Shown here: piece by piece, positions 1-10,821 of the stretch
Layout: every line of letters starts with the position of its first letter
Numbering within the stretch: position 1 is the first letter of the stretch
Assembly (NCBI GenBank): GCA_040386535.1
Contig: JAZKFH010000019.1
Span: forward strand, 322,186 to 386,185
Direction of reading: 5' to 3'
Origin: Myxococcota bacterium
Lineage (GTDB): Bacteria; Myxococcota_A; UBA796; SXON01
DNA: 64,000 nucleotides
Program-made: the position numbers and the translations under genes
Notes under the pieces: generated by a model
Databases searched by the model: none
Seen by the model: the letters and a program-made list of their open reading frames with translations, nothing else
Told to the model about the DNA's origin: nothing

Positions 1-1
1 C

Positions 2-892
2 ATGGAACTCGACGACGCCACACGCGACGAGCTGGCCGGCTTTTTTGCCCGTCGCTTCCCCACCGCCGAGGCGCGTTCGCAGCTGGCCCGCGCCGCGGGC
101 CTCGTGCTCGAGCCGGACGAGGAGGATGCGACGGCCGCGGCGGCGTGGATCGCGCTCCTCGCGCGGGCCGACCAGCGGGGCGCGCTGCCTCAGCTCGCGG
201 ACGCCGCGTGTGCGGCGGCGCCCGAGGACAAGATGCTCGCCGAGGCCCGGACGCTCCTTCGTGGGCCGCGCGTCGCGCCGGCGGGGCGGAGCGGCCGCGG
301 GGTCGCGTTCGTGGGCGCCGCGTTGGTGCTCGGGATCCTCGGCGCCGGTGTGACGGGCGCGTTGTGGATGTCGGGGACGGGCGGGGGCGCCCGGGTGCCG
401 CCCGTTGCCGAGGTCGCGCCTGTGCTTTCCGTGGAGGCGGTGCCCGTGGCCGCTGCGGTCGTGCCTCCGGTGGAAGAGCCTCCCATGATCGAGCCCGCCG
501 TCGCCGAGCCGGTCGTGAACGAGCCCGTCGTGACGCCGGCGTCCCCGATGCCCGAGCCGGCCGTGGTCGTCGCGTCCCCGCCCGCTGAACCCACCCCCGC
601 CCCGTCGTCGTCGTCGTCGTCGTCCGCCCCCACCTCGTGCCGCGGCGCCTCCGGCGTGATCGTGGGCTGGTGGTACGCGGGCACGGTCTCCCCCGGGGCC
701 CAGGGCGCCACAGTCACACTGCCCTCCAGCGTGAACGTGCGTGCCGACTATCCGCACCGTGACAACGGCTACGCGATGCGCGGGCGGGTGCTGTGTTCGT
801 TGTCCGCGGGCACGACACAGCGCCTGTCCAACGCACCGGTGGACATCGGCCAGGGGCACTGGTGGGTGCCCGTGGCGGGAGGCGATCTCTAG
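2..892 (+). CDS. Membrane protein: N-terminal EAD1-like (effector-associated) domain, one TM helix, Pro/Val/Glu-rich linker, C-terminal SH3b-like domain
   Basis: N-terminus ELAGFFARRFPT...AWIALLARADQRGALPQLADAA...PEDKML fits the EAD1 pattern; hydrophobic VAFVGAALVLGILGAGVTGALW; EP(A/V)V repeats; C-terminal VNVRADYP...GHWWVPV with two Cys. Start is at the window edge. Confidence 0.6.
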   Translation: MELDDATRDELAGFFARRFPTAEARSQLARAAGLVLEPDEEDATAAAAWIALLARADQRGALPQLADAACAAAPEDKMLAEARTLLRGPRVAPAGRSGRGVAFVGAALVLGILGAGVTGALWMSGTGGGARVPPVAEVAPVLSVEAVPVAAAVVPPVEEPPMIEPAVAEPVVNEPVVTPASPMPEPAVVVASPPAEPTPAPSSSSSSSAPTSCRGASGVIVGWWYAGTVSPGAQGATVTLPSSVNVRADYPHRDNGYAMRGRVLCSLSAGTTQRLSNAPVDIGQGHWWVPVAGGDL

Positions 893-982
893 GCGATTCT
901 GGGTCGCGAACCCCCTCCCATCGAGCCCGAATGCCCCGGAGACGTCGTCAGGAGGCCTCCGACGGGCTAACCGCCGTGTCCC

Positions 983-2872
<1,890 letters not shown>

Positions 2873-2918
2873 TTTGACTTCAGTGCCTACGCACTAGGTT
2901 CTCCGTGAGGGGAGAACA

Positions 2919-3581
2919 ATGCGTACGCTCCTGTTGGGGTTTGCCGCGTGGGCCGCCGTGGGCTGCGCGACCGTGGGCACGGTGCAGACCGCGCGCCCGA
3001 TCGACCCGGGCACGGTCCAGGTGGGGCTGGAGCCCGGCGTGTGGGGGGTGCAGGACCGCGGATGGGTCCCTACCGCCAACCTTTCCGCTCGCTACGGCAT
3101 CAGCCGGCGGATGGACCTCGGCGCCCGCTTCGGCGCCGGCGGGCTCGGCGTGTCGGGCAAGTTCGCGTTGACCGATCCCTGGGACGACCGCATGGTCGTG
3201 TCGGTGGCGCCGATGGTGGGCGGCTTCGGGCTGGGCGCGCTCGGGGTGGGCACCCGGTCCGTGCACTGGCAGGTGCCCCTGATCGTGGGCGTGGGCTTCC
3301 GCGGCGGGCACGAGCTGGTGCTCGCGCCGAAGGTGACCGGGTGGAGCTTGTCGGGGAACGCCGCGGTGGCCCGTGGGCGCTCCATGGTCGTCGGGGCGGG
3401 GGGCACGGTGGGGCTCTCGATTCGCGTCTCGAACGGCGTGCGCCTGCTCCCCGAGATCGGGATGGTGCAGCCCATCGTCGGGCGTGCGAACGGCAAGATC
3501 CTCTGGTGGGACATCAACACGCGCGCGGGCGTGCCGCTCTACCAGGCCACGTTCGGCATCCTCATCGGCGGGGAACGTTAG
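2919..3581 (+). CDS. Hypothetical lipoprotein, probable outer-membrane beta-barrel
   Basis: Lipobox-like AVGC, Gly-rich amphipathic strands, SD GAGGGGAG upstream; similar to the gene at 10822. Confidence 0.65.
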   Translation: MRTLLLGFAAWAAVGCATVGTVQTARPIDPGTVQVGLEPGVWGVQDRGWVPTANLSARYGISRRMDLGARFGAGGLGVSGKFALTDPWDDRMVVSVAPMVGGFGLGALGVGTRSVHWQVPLIVGVGFRGGHELVLAPKVTGWSLSGNAAVARGRSMVVGAGGTVGLSIRVSNGVRLLPEIGMVQPIVGRANGKILWWDINTRAGVPLYQATFGILIGGER

Positions 3582-3591
3582 CGCCGCGCGG

Positions 3592-4356
3592 TCAGCCCTC
3601 GAACGCCTGCCCGTCCAACCCGAGCTCCACCGGCACCCCGGTTGCCCGCACGGTCTCGAGCGCGCGTTCGGGATCCACGTTCGGGTACAGGTGCGTGAGC
3701 ACCACGCGCTTGGGGCGCGCCGCGTCGACGATCTCGGCCACGTCGGCCGCGCAGAGGTGGGAGTTCCACGGATCCGTCGTCTCGGCCGCGCACTCGGTCA
3801 CCAGGACGTCCGCGCCGCGCGCGAGCCGCGCCAGCGCTTCGCTCGGGCCGGTGTCACCCGAGAACACCACACGGAAGCCGCTCGGCCCGGTGAACGACAG
3901 GTGCAGGGCGCCCGCGGAGTGAACGGCGGGGAGCGTGTCGAGGCGCACGCCGCCGGGGAGGTCGGCGCCATCCGGCCCGTCAAGCTCGAGCTCGCGGATG
4001 CGCACCTTCCAGCCCTCGGGCCGGATCCACTTGCCGTACGCGCCCTCGAGCGCCGCGAAGAAGTCCTTGAAGCCGGTGCCGGCCCAGATCGGGTAGTCGC
4101 GCCGCCGCGGCTTGTCGGCGCCCACCTTCATCGTGAAGAGGAGGGGAACGAGGTCCCCGCAGTGGTCGACGTGCCGGTGGGTGTACACCCCGCCGTCGAG
4201 CTCGCGCGCGTCGACCCCGAGCGCCGCCAGCCGGCCCATCGTGCCGCTCCCGCCGTCGACCAGGATCCGCGCGCCGTCGGACTCGACGAGGAACCCGGCA
4301 GGCCCCCGCGCCGCGTCCGGGACGGTGGTGCCCGTGCCGACAAGCGTGAATCTCAT
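3592..4356 (-). CDS. MBL-fold metallo-hydrolase (RNase Z/BN-like)
   Basis: LVGTG start, ILVDGGSG, THRHVDHC (HxHxDH), FSGDT, TECA, NSHL, LTHLYP. Confidence 0.9.
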   Translation of the reverse strand: MRFTLVGTGTTVPDAARGPAGFLVESDGARILVDGGSGTMGRLAALGVDARELDGGVYTHRHVDHCGDLVPLLFTMKVGADKPRRRDYPIWAGTGFKDFFAALEGAYGKWIRPEGWKVRIRELELDGPDGADLPGGVRLDTLPAVHSAGALHLSFTGPSGFRVVFSGDTGPSEALARLARGADVLVTECAAETTDPWNSHLCAADVAEIVDAARPKRVVLTHLYPNVDPERALETVRATGVPVELGLDGQAFEG

Positions 4357-5141
4357 CCGTTGTCGTCCTCGAGCAGGATCTCGGCTTCGTCGTGAAGAGC
4401 GCGACGGATCCGCTCCTCCACGTCATCGGCCGAGGTAGAGCCTCGTAGCACGTTGCGCCGGTAGATCTCGATCCTCGGCTCGCGAGCGTCCGGATCGAGC
4501 AGCAGCGCGTCGACCAGGGGGCTCGGTGGCGGGGTGAGGCCGCGCAGGACATCGAGCGCGGGGAGGTCGACCAGGTCGAGGGTGACGCCCCGGAGCGCGT
4601 CCCGGATCGGTGGGTCGAGCGCGGCGGTAGCGGCGAACACGAGGGCGTCCCAATCCTCGGCGGGGAGCTCGAGCGGCGGCGGATAGGCCTTCGGATCGAG
4701 CGCCGTGGCGCGGAGGGACGCGGCCAGCGCGAGGTCGGCCTGACCGGACAGGTCGAGCGCGAGGCTGCGTACGGCGTGCGCCCGTGCGTCCCCCGGCTCC
4801 CGTACGATGGCGGCGTCGGCCGCGACCAGGGCCCTCTCCACCTGGCAGGCGGCGAGCAGGGCGGCGGCTTCGAGCGCGCCCACCTGGGCCCCCCGACGCG
4901 CGGCCTGGTTGGCAGCCAGCGCGCCGACCTCCCCGTGGCCGTACGCGGGCGCCGCGGCGGCCACGATGAGCAGGGCGTCGACGTCGTCGGGGTCCTCGTC
5001 GAGCAGCTCCTCCGCGAGCACGACGGCCGCGGCGTGATCTCCCTGGGCGAGCGCGTTCCGGCTCGCGTCGAGCAACATCGCGTGGCGCGCGGACGGTTCG
5101 AGCGTCCACCCCCCGCCACCTCCGGGGACGAAGTCACCCAA
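4353..5141 (-). CDS. TPR protein with a C-terminal degenerate zincin-like (Zincin_1) domain
   Basis: Ala-rich TPR-like helices; C-terminus PRIEIYRRNVLR...EERIRRALHDEA resembles minimal zincins but lacks HExxH. Confidence 0.6.
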   Translation of the reverse strand: MGDFVPGGGGGWTLEPSARHAMLLDASRNALAQGDHAAAVVLAEELLDEDPDDVDALLIVAAAAPAYGHGEVGALAANQAARRGAQVGALEAAALLAACQVERALVAADAAIVREPGDARAHAVRSLALDLSGQADLALAASLRATALDPKAYPPPLELPAEDWDALVFAATAALDPPIRDALRGVTLDLVDLPALDVLRGLTPPPSPLVDALLLDPDAREPRIEIYRRNVLRGSTSADDVEERIRRALHDEAEILLEDDNG

Positions 5142-6051
5142 GGAGGTAGAACCCCAGGGCGGCGATGCAAGACACGAGGAGCGCCATCACGACGAACGCG
5201 CCCACCAGGAGCACGACGCGGGTGGGGCCGCCCCCGTTGACGCTCCCGTTCATGGGGAGCGGGGGCACGACCGCTGCGATCGTCGCGCCGGGGGTCGGCT
5301 TCGGGGGTGCCGGCGGTGTCATCGGGCGCGTGGGGACCGAGGAGGGGGCCGCCCCGCGGAAGGCGCCGGCGCGGAGCGCGAGCGCGAACACGCCGAACTC
5401 GGCGATGTCCTTGCACAGCGCCATGTTGGAGAGGAGCCACTTCTCGAAGTTGGTCTCCTCCGCCGCGCTCGACATACGACCGGCCTCGTAGAGGGGCAGC
5501 GGCGCGTAGTCGAGGTTGGGCTCGTCGGGCACCTCGGTGAACCCGACGGTCGCGTTCTGCTGCAACCACCGCTTGAGCGTGTAGCGCGCGCGGAGCACGG
5601 CCAGCGGCATCCCGCCCTGGCCCTCGGCTTCCTTGTTCAGCTCGTCGATCGGCCAGCTCGAGTCGTACGCGTGGGCGAGCAACGTGACGGTCTCCGTCGG
5701 GAGGCCCTTCCGCGCGATGGCGAGAAGCTCCGTGGGGGACCGCCCCGCCGTGATCTGGTTGGGGAAGTCGCCCCCGGCGATGCGCCCGCCGGCCGTCGCC
5801 AGCTCTTCGGCGAGGATGTCGTGGGCCCAGCCGACGAGCTCGGACTCGGTAGCGACGGTGCCGATGCCCTGCTGGAACCGCGTGCAGGAGTTCTGCAAGG
5901 GCACGCGCCCGAGGGCGTCCCCCAGGCGGGAGGCGGTGACGGCGTAGTACCAATCCGAGAACCGCTGGGCCATGTCCTGACCCGAGTCGCGGTCCCCGCC
6001 CCGCCATTGGCGGAACAACTGGGTCGTCGGGACCGTGCGGAGATCACTCAT
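5134..6051 (-). CDS. Divergent ECF sigma-70-like protein fused to an anti-sigma-like segment, Pro-rich linker and C-terminal TM helix
   Basis: Sigma2-like QLFRQWRGGDRDS...SRLGD...ESELVGWAHDI; sigma4-like GLPTETVTLL...IDEL...LRARYTLKRWL; ZAS-like LPLYEAGRMS..EETNFEKWL..C; terminal hydrophobic helix. Confidence 0.6.
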   Translation of the reverse strand: MSDLRTVPTTQLFRQWRGGDRDSGQDMAQRFSDWYYAVTASRLGDALGRVPLQNSCTRFQQGIGTVATESELVGWAHDILAEELATAGGRIAGGDFPNQITAGRSPTELLAIARKGLPTETVTLLAHAYDSSWPIDELNKEAEGQGGMPLAVLRARYTLKRWLQQNATVGFTEVPDEPNLDYAPLPLYEAGRMSSAAEETNFEKWLLSNMALCKDIAEFGVFALALRAGAFRGAAPSSVPTRPMTPPAPPKPTPGATIAAVVPPLPMNGSVNGGGPTRVVLLVGAFVVMALLVSCIAALGFYLLG

Positions 6052-6165
6052 TCAACTGCTCCCGTCTGCGGAGGGCGTCCGGAGGGTGTCCCCCGGGCGT
6101 ACGCCGCCCCTGTATCTGGCGGCCGATGATAGGGAGCGCATCCCCGGACCGCAAGGGCCCCCGCC

Positions 6166-7278
6166 GTGCACGAAAGCTCCAGGTTTCCGTCCGTCGTGCT
6201 CGCCGCGCTCCTGATGGCCGCGCCGATGGCCCACGCCACGGCTCCCACCGAGGCGTTCGCAGCCGCCGTGCGCACGTGGTTCGACGCGCCGGCCGAGGCC
6301 GGAGAGGCGCTGGAGCGGCTGCACGCGGCCTTCCCCGAGGACGACGACGTGGCGTGGTGGCTCGCCCGGGTGCGGCTCGAAGATGGCCGCGACGCCGACG
6401 CGCGCGCGCTCCTCGTCGGCCGGGTGGGGCGCAAGGTGCCGACGCACCGTTTCGCGTGGCTTCGTGCGCGCGCGGCCGCTGCAACGGACCCGGCGTGGGC
6501 GCGGACGGAGCTGGCGCAGGCGCTCGCGAGCCCCGGCGTGGCGATGGATCCCGACCGGACCGAGATGTACACGCTCGCCGCGCGGCTCGCGTGGAGCGCG
6601 GGCGACGAGGCCGACACGCTCGCGCACGTCCGCGCCGCGGGAGGGGCGCTCCCCGGCTTCACGAGCTGGGTGCGTCGCGGGCCCGTCACGCGGCTCCGTG
6701 TCGAGGTCGGCGGGCGGGCGAGCGTCGTCACCGCGGGGGGGCTCGTGGTCGAGGGAGAGGCCTGCGCGAGCGTCGTGGAGGGGCCGGTGGAGGTGCCCGG
6801 GCCGCGCATCGAGCGGGCCGACGGTCGCGCGTGCCTCGCGCCGGGCGCACGGGCCCACCTCGCGCCGGCGCCCGGCGGGTGGGGCTACGTGGCGGTGGAC
6901 GCGCCCGAGGGGGAGGGGATCTTCACGATCACGGGCTGCGACGCGACCCCGCGCGCCGTGCGGAGGGGCCCCGGGCTCACCAGCCCCGCCTGGCTCGGTG
7001 ACACCGTGTTGTGGATCGAGGGCGGCGTGGCCCAGACGGAGGCCGGCCCGGTGTGGCCAGAATCGAACACCATTCGCCTGACGACGATCCCCGAGGGGGT
7101 GCTCGCGATCGTGTGGTCCGCCGACGCGCCCCGGCTCCGGTTCGCGCAGTCCCCCGATCAGCCCCTGGCGCCCGTGTTCGCCGAGGACCCCCCGATCACG
7201 CGAGCCACGGCGTGCCCATCGCCGCCAGCAGCACGAGCTCCCGCAGCTCCACCGCCGCGCCCACCACGTCCCCGTTGA
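6166..7278 (+). CDS. Secreted hypothetical protein, N-terminal TPR-like region
   Basis: Signal peptide VVLAALLMAAPMAHA; AWWLARVRLEDGRDADARALL TPR-like; 3' end overlaps convergent cobS. Confidence 0.55.
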   Translation: MHESSRFPSVVLAALLMAAPMAHATAPTEAFAAAVRTWFDAPAEAGEALERLHAAFPEDDDVAWWLARVRLEDGRDADARALLVGRVGRKVPTHRFAWLRARAAAATDPAWARTELAQALASPGVAMDPDRTEMYTLAARLAWSAGDEADTLAHVRAAGGALPGFTSWVRRGPVTRLRVEVGGRASVVTAGGLVVEGEACASVVEGPVEVPGPRIERADGRACLAPGARAHLAPAPGGWGYVAVDAPEGEGIFTITGCDATPRAVRRGPGLTSPAWLGDTVLWIEGGVAQTEAGPVWPESNTIRLTTIPEGVLAIVWSADAPRLRFAQSPDQPLAPVFAEDPPITRATACPSPPAARAPAAPPPRPPRPR

Positions 7279-7957
7279 TCCCGCCGATCCTCGCCCGCCA
7301 CGAGGCCTGCCACGCGATCGTGGCGGCGCCCGCTCCGGCCAACCCCACGAGCAGCCCGCCTGCCGCGGCGGGAACGACGATGATGACGGGCGCGACGATC
7401 AGCGCCGCCAGGAGCACGGCCCACAGGGCGTCCTTGGCGCCCACCTCCAAGGCGAGGCGCGCGAACAGGCCCTTCCCGGGGGTCGCGGGCGCGCAGAACG
7501 CGATCTCGAACGGGAGAAAGGCGCGCGCGCACACCACCGCCGCCCACAACGCCGCGGCGCCCGTCCCATTCTCCACGCAGGCCGCGAGCAGGACCACCTT
7601 GGCGAGGAGCATCAACGCGGTGCCGGCGGCGCCCACGGCGCCCGCGGCGGGGTCGTGCATGACCCGCAGGCGCTTCTCCGCGTCGCCGTTGCAGTGCATC
7701 CCGTCGAGGCAGTCCGAGAACCCGTCGACATGCAGGGCGCCGGTCATCCACACCATCGCGCCCACCGCGCCCACCGCGCCCACGAGCGGCGTCAGCGCGA
7801 AGCTCCCGACGATCAGGGCGGCCATCCCGAAAGTCGCGACGACCGCGCCCGCGAGCGGAAACCACCGGACCGCGCGCGCCCAGTCGCCCGGGCCGGGGGC
7901 TTCGGTCGCGAGCGGGACGCGGGTGAGGAACGTCAGGCCGATCCGCAGCCCGTTCAC
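7196..7957 (-). CDS. cobS: Adenosylcobinamide-GDP ribazoletransferase (cobalamin synthase)
   Basis: FLTRVP, WFPLAG, TGALHVDGFSDCLDG, RLRVMHDP, GGINGDVVGA; GTG start overlaps the cobU stop (GTGA). Confidence 0.93.
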   Translation of the reverse strand: MNGLRIGLTFLTRVPLATEAPGPGDWARAVRWFPLAGAVVATFGMAALIVGSFALTPLVGAVGAVGAMVWMTGALHVDGFSDCLDGMHCNGDAEKRLRVMHDPAAGAVGAAGTALMLLAKVVLLAACVENGTGAAALWAAVVCARAFLPFEIAFCAPATPGKGLFARLALEVGAKDALWAVLLAALIVAPVIIVVPAAAGGLLVGLAGAGAATIAWQASWRARIGGINGDVVGAAVELRELVLLAAMGTPWLA

Positions 7958-8463
7958 TTCAGCGTCATCGGCAGGCCGGACACGACGAAGGTGACGTGAT
8001 CGGCCGAGGCGGCGACGCGCTGGTTGCACCGGCCGAGCAGATCGCGGTAGCGACGGCTGATCGGGTCTCCGGGGACGATGCCGAGCCCGACCTCGTTGGT
8101 CACGAGCCACATCGGCACGGTCACCCGGCGCAGCGCGCGCACGAGCGCCTCGATGCGCGCCTCGGGGTCGTTGCCCGCCTTCGGGTGGAACATCAGGTTG
8201 CTCACCCACAGCGTGAGGCAGTCCACCACGATGGCGCCGTGGGTCAGGGTGGGCAGCAGCCGCTCGAGATCGAGGGGCTCCTCGACCGTGTGCCAGCGCG
8301 CCGAACGTTCGGCCTGATGGCGCTGGATGCGCTCGGCCATCTCGTCGTCCCCCACCTCGGCGGTGGCGACGAAGGCGATCGTGGGGGCGTCGGTGGCCTC
8401 GGCCTGCGCGAGCACGAAGCTGCTCTTGCCGGCACGCGCTCCGCCGGTCACGAGGTGGATCAT
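7954..8463 (-). CDS. cobU: Adenosylcobinamide kinase/guanylyltransferase
   Basis: LVTGGARAGKS, DDEMAERIQRHQAER, VDCLTLWVSN, VTNEVGLGIVP, RDLLGRCNQ. Confidence 0.95.
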   Translation of the reverse strand: MIHLVTGGARAGKSSFVLAQAEATDAPTIAFVATAEVGDDEMAERIQRHQAERSARWHTVEEPLDLERLLPTLTHGAIVVDCLTLWVSNLMFHPKAGNDPEARIEALVRALRRVTVPMWLVTNEVGLGIVPGDPISRRYRDLLGRCNQRVAASADHVTFVVSGLPMTLK

Positions 8464-9161
8464 CCCTCGGTCCGCGGGCGCACGCGCACCGTGGAGAACA
8501 CGCGGCTCTCGACCCAGTAGTGGCGCGCGTCGAACGCGAACGATCCCTCGCCGGCGCCCAGGAAGGCCTCCACGCGGTCGATCCCGTCGGGCGAGGGCCA
8601 CACCGCCACCTCGCCGAAGCCGATGTAGCGAAGGAGGAAGGGGTGGAGCGCCTTGTAGATGGCCTCCTTGATGGAGAAGCGGATGGCCGTGTCGCGCCAG
8701 CGCCGCTCGGCGGGGAGGGTGTCGACGGCGACGAGCTCCTCGGGGCGCAGCACGCGGCTCGCGACGCCGGGGCGGTCACGGTCGGTCTCCTCGAGATCGA
8801 TCCCGAGGCCGGGGTTGCCGCGCGCGATCATCGCGATGGCGAGATCGTTCTTGTGGGTGACGGAGCCGGCCACACCGGGCTGGAACTCGGGCGCGCCGTG
8901 CACGTTGGTGAGCACGGGGGTGCGGCGCAGACCAAGCTCCGGGAAGAGCTCACCGAGGGCGAGGCGCCCCCCGACGAACTGCACCTGGCGAAATCCACCG
9001 AGGGTGAGGGCGTGGGCGCGTTCGTCCGGATGCAGGCGTGCGAGCACCTCTTTCGGCACGGGATCCGGGCGCGGGGGCAGGTGCATCCCCGCCGCGATCC
9101 CGTGGGGGAGCGCCACGATGAACGCGGGGGTGAAAGGCACGATGGGCGAGAGGCGGATCAC
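8460..9161 (-). CDS. 4'-phosphopantetheinyl transferase (EntD/Sfp-type)
   Basis: FVGGRLAL, GAP..GVAGSVTH, LGIDLE, FSIKEAIYKA. Confidence 0.9.
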   Translation of the reverse strand: MIRLSPIVPFTPAFIVALPHGIAAGMHLPPRPDPVPKEVLARLHPDERAHALTLGGFRQVQFVGGRLALGELFPELGLRRTPVLTNVHGAPEFQPGVAGSVTHKNDLAIAMIARGNPGLGIDLEETDRDRPGVASRVLRPEELVAVDTLPAERRWRDTAIRFSIKEAIYKALHPFLLRYIGFGEVAVWPSPDGIDRVEAFLGAGEGSFAFDARHYWVESRVFSTVRVRPRTEG

Positions 9162-9221
9162 AGCGGACCGAGGAGGCGCACATCTTATGCTCGCGCGCGG
9201 GCCGAGGGCGGCTCACGCGAC

Positions 9222-9227
9222 TACAAT
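9222..9227 (+). promoter_or_regulatory. Putative -10 element of a leaderless transcript
   Basis: TACAAT followed 6 nt later by the GTG start at 9234; no SD. Confidence 0.5.
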
Positions 9228-9233
9228 CGCGCC

Positions 9234-10280
9234 GTGTCCGTGCTCTCCCTGCTGCTCGCCTGCACGTCCGAGGCTCCCGACGCGGTGCTCGCCTACGTTC
9301 GTGACGAGGACGGTGCCGGCTACACCGTCGCGCCCCGCGCCCTCCCCGAGCTCACCGACCCACGCACGATGTCGGGCACCCTCGGGGACGTGCGGCACGG
9401 TGGGCGGATCGTGGGGACCGGGACGGCCGAGCGCTACACCGGCGGTCGCGCGCTGGCCGTCCGCTTCGTCGAAAAGGACGGCGTGGCCGTGCCCTTGGAT
9501 CAGGACGGGCTGCTCGTCTACAGCTTCTACGGGCACCTCGCGGACGCGGTGAACGAGCTGGACGCCCACGGTGTCGACACCAGCCCGATCTTCCCCATCG
9601 ATCTCGCGTGGAACCCGGCGGTCTCGCCGCTCCTCGAGCTCTCCCCGGCCGACAACGCCGCGTACGCCATCGGGGCGAACCTGTTCCTGCTGCTGCCGGA
9701 CGGCGACAATCGCGACGTGCCGCTGCTCGCCAACGCGGGCGTGGTCACGCACGAGCTCGGGCACGCCCTCTTGCACCTCCTCATGGTCGGGGACCCGCTG
9801 ATCGACCCGATCGTGACCGACGCCACGACCCTCCCGGGGATGTGGCAGGCGTCTCTGCACGAGGGCTTCGCCGACTCGCTCGCGGTCCTCCTGCTGGACG
9901 ACGCGCGGTTCCTCGACGCCTCGATCGAGATGCCCGCCCGCGAGGTCGACGCGGACGCGGCCCTGACCACCGCGCTGCTCCCCAACCCGTTGGCGCTCGA
10001 GGGATCGCTGCTGCCGGTGTACGACCCCTACCCGCTGGGGACCGTGTTCGCCTCCGTAGTCTGGGACATCCGCCTCGCGACGGACGACCCGGGCGCGACG
10101 CTCGACCTGCTCTTGCGCGGGGTGCGCGCGTGGGCCCCCGAGGACGAGGACGACATCGAGGGCGGCGCCTTCCTGGGCGCGCTCGTGGGCGCCGCGGATC
10201 CCGGGCTCCAGTACGACGCGGCCTGCGCCGCGATCGACGCGCGCATCGGCGATCTGCTGGTCGTCGACGGGTGCCCCTGA
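9234..10280 (+). CDS. Lipoprotein zinc metallopeptidase (gluzincin, M4/M36-like)
   Basis: Short lipobox LLLAC; DNAAY, VVTHELGHALLH (HExxH), SLHEGFAD third-ligand motif. Confidence 0.8.
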   Translation: MSVLSLLLACTSEAPDAVLAYVRDEDGAGYTVAPRALPELTDPRTMSGTLGDVRHGGRIVGTGTAERYTGGRALAVRFVEKDGVAVPLDQDGLLVYSFYGHLADAVNELDAHGVDTSPIFPIDLAWNPAVSPLLELSPADNAAYAIGANLFLLLPDGDNRDVPLLANAGVVTHELGHALLHLLMVGDPLIDPIVTDATTLPGMWQASLHEGFADSLAVLLLDDARFLDASIEMPAREVDADAALTTALLPNPLALEGSLLPVYDPYPLGTVFASVVWDIRLATDDPGATLDLLLRGVRAWAPEDEDDIEGGAFLGALVGAADPGLQYDAACAAIDARIGDLLVVDGCP

Positions 10281-10813
10281 TGGAGGCGGCCGACCCTCCT
10301 GGGGTCTTGGCGATCGAGCTGGTCGCCGGCGAGGCGCTCGTCCGCCAGTCGTCCGGGCGCCACCGTGCGCAGGGTGTGCTGGGAGTGAGCGTCGCGGTGC
10401 CGGTGCGGAGCGTCTGGGGCGTCGCGATCGAGGCGGTCGGCACGTACGGGGCGGAGCGCTCCGCAGAGATCGCGGTCGACCAGTTCCTCGTGCGGCCCGC
10501 GCTCCTCGCCACCGCGACCTTCGCGCGCGAGCCCGAGATGGTGGCCCACGTGCGGCGCCGAGGGCGCTTCGTGGCCGTGTCGCCCTACCTCGCGCTCGAC
10601 GTGGGCCTCGGCCCCGCGGTGTCGCTCACGTGGGCGCGGTGGGACACGCCCGACGTCGGCACCGTCACGGTGATCGAGCCCGGCGCGCGCGGGCGCGTCG
10701 CCCTCGCGTTCGGGGTGGGGGACCACCTGCGCGTGCGGCTGCAGGGCGGGATGGCCTGGCGCCTCTCGGGCGTCGACCACGACTACCAGCTGGGGGCCGC
10801 GTGGGCGTTCTGA
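10280..10813 (+). CDS. Hypothetical beta-barrel-like protein
   Basis: ATG overlaps the upstream TGA; amphipathic strands; ends YQLGAAWAF (terminal Phe, beta-signal-like). Confidence 0.55.
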   Translation: MEAADPPGVLAIELVAGEALVRQSSGRHRAQGVLGVSVAVPVRSVWGVAIEAVGTYGAERSAEIAVDQFLVRPALLATATFAREPEMVAHVRRRGRFVAVSPYLALDVGLGPAVSLTWARWDTPDVGTVTVIEPGARGRVALAFGVGDHLRVRLQGGMAWRLSGVDHDYQLGAAWAF

Positions 10814-10821
10814 CGCGGTGC

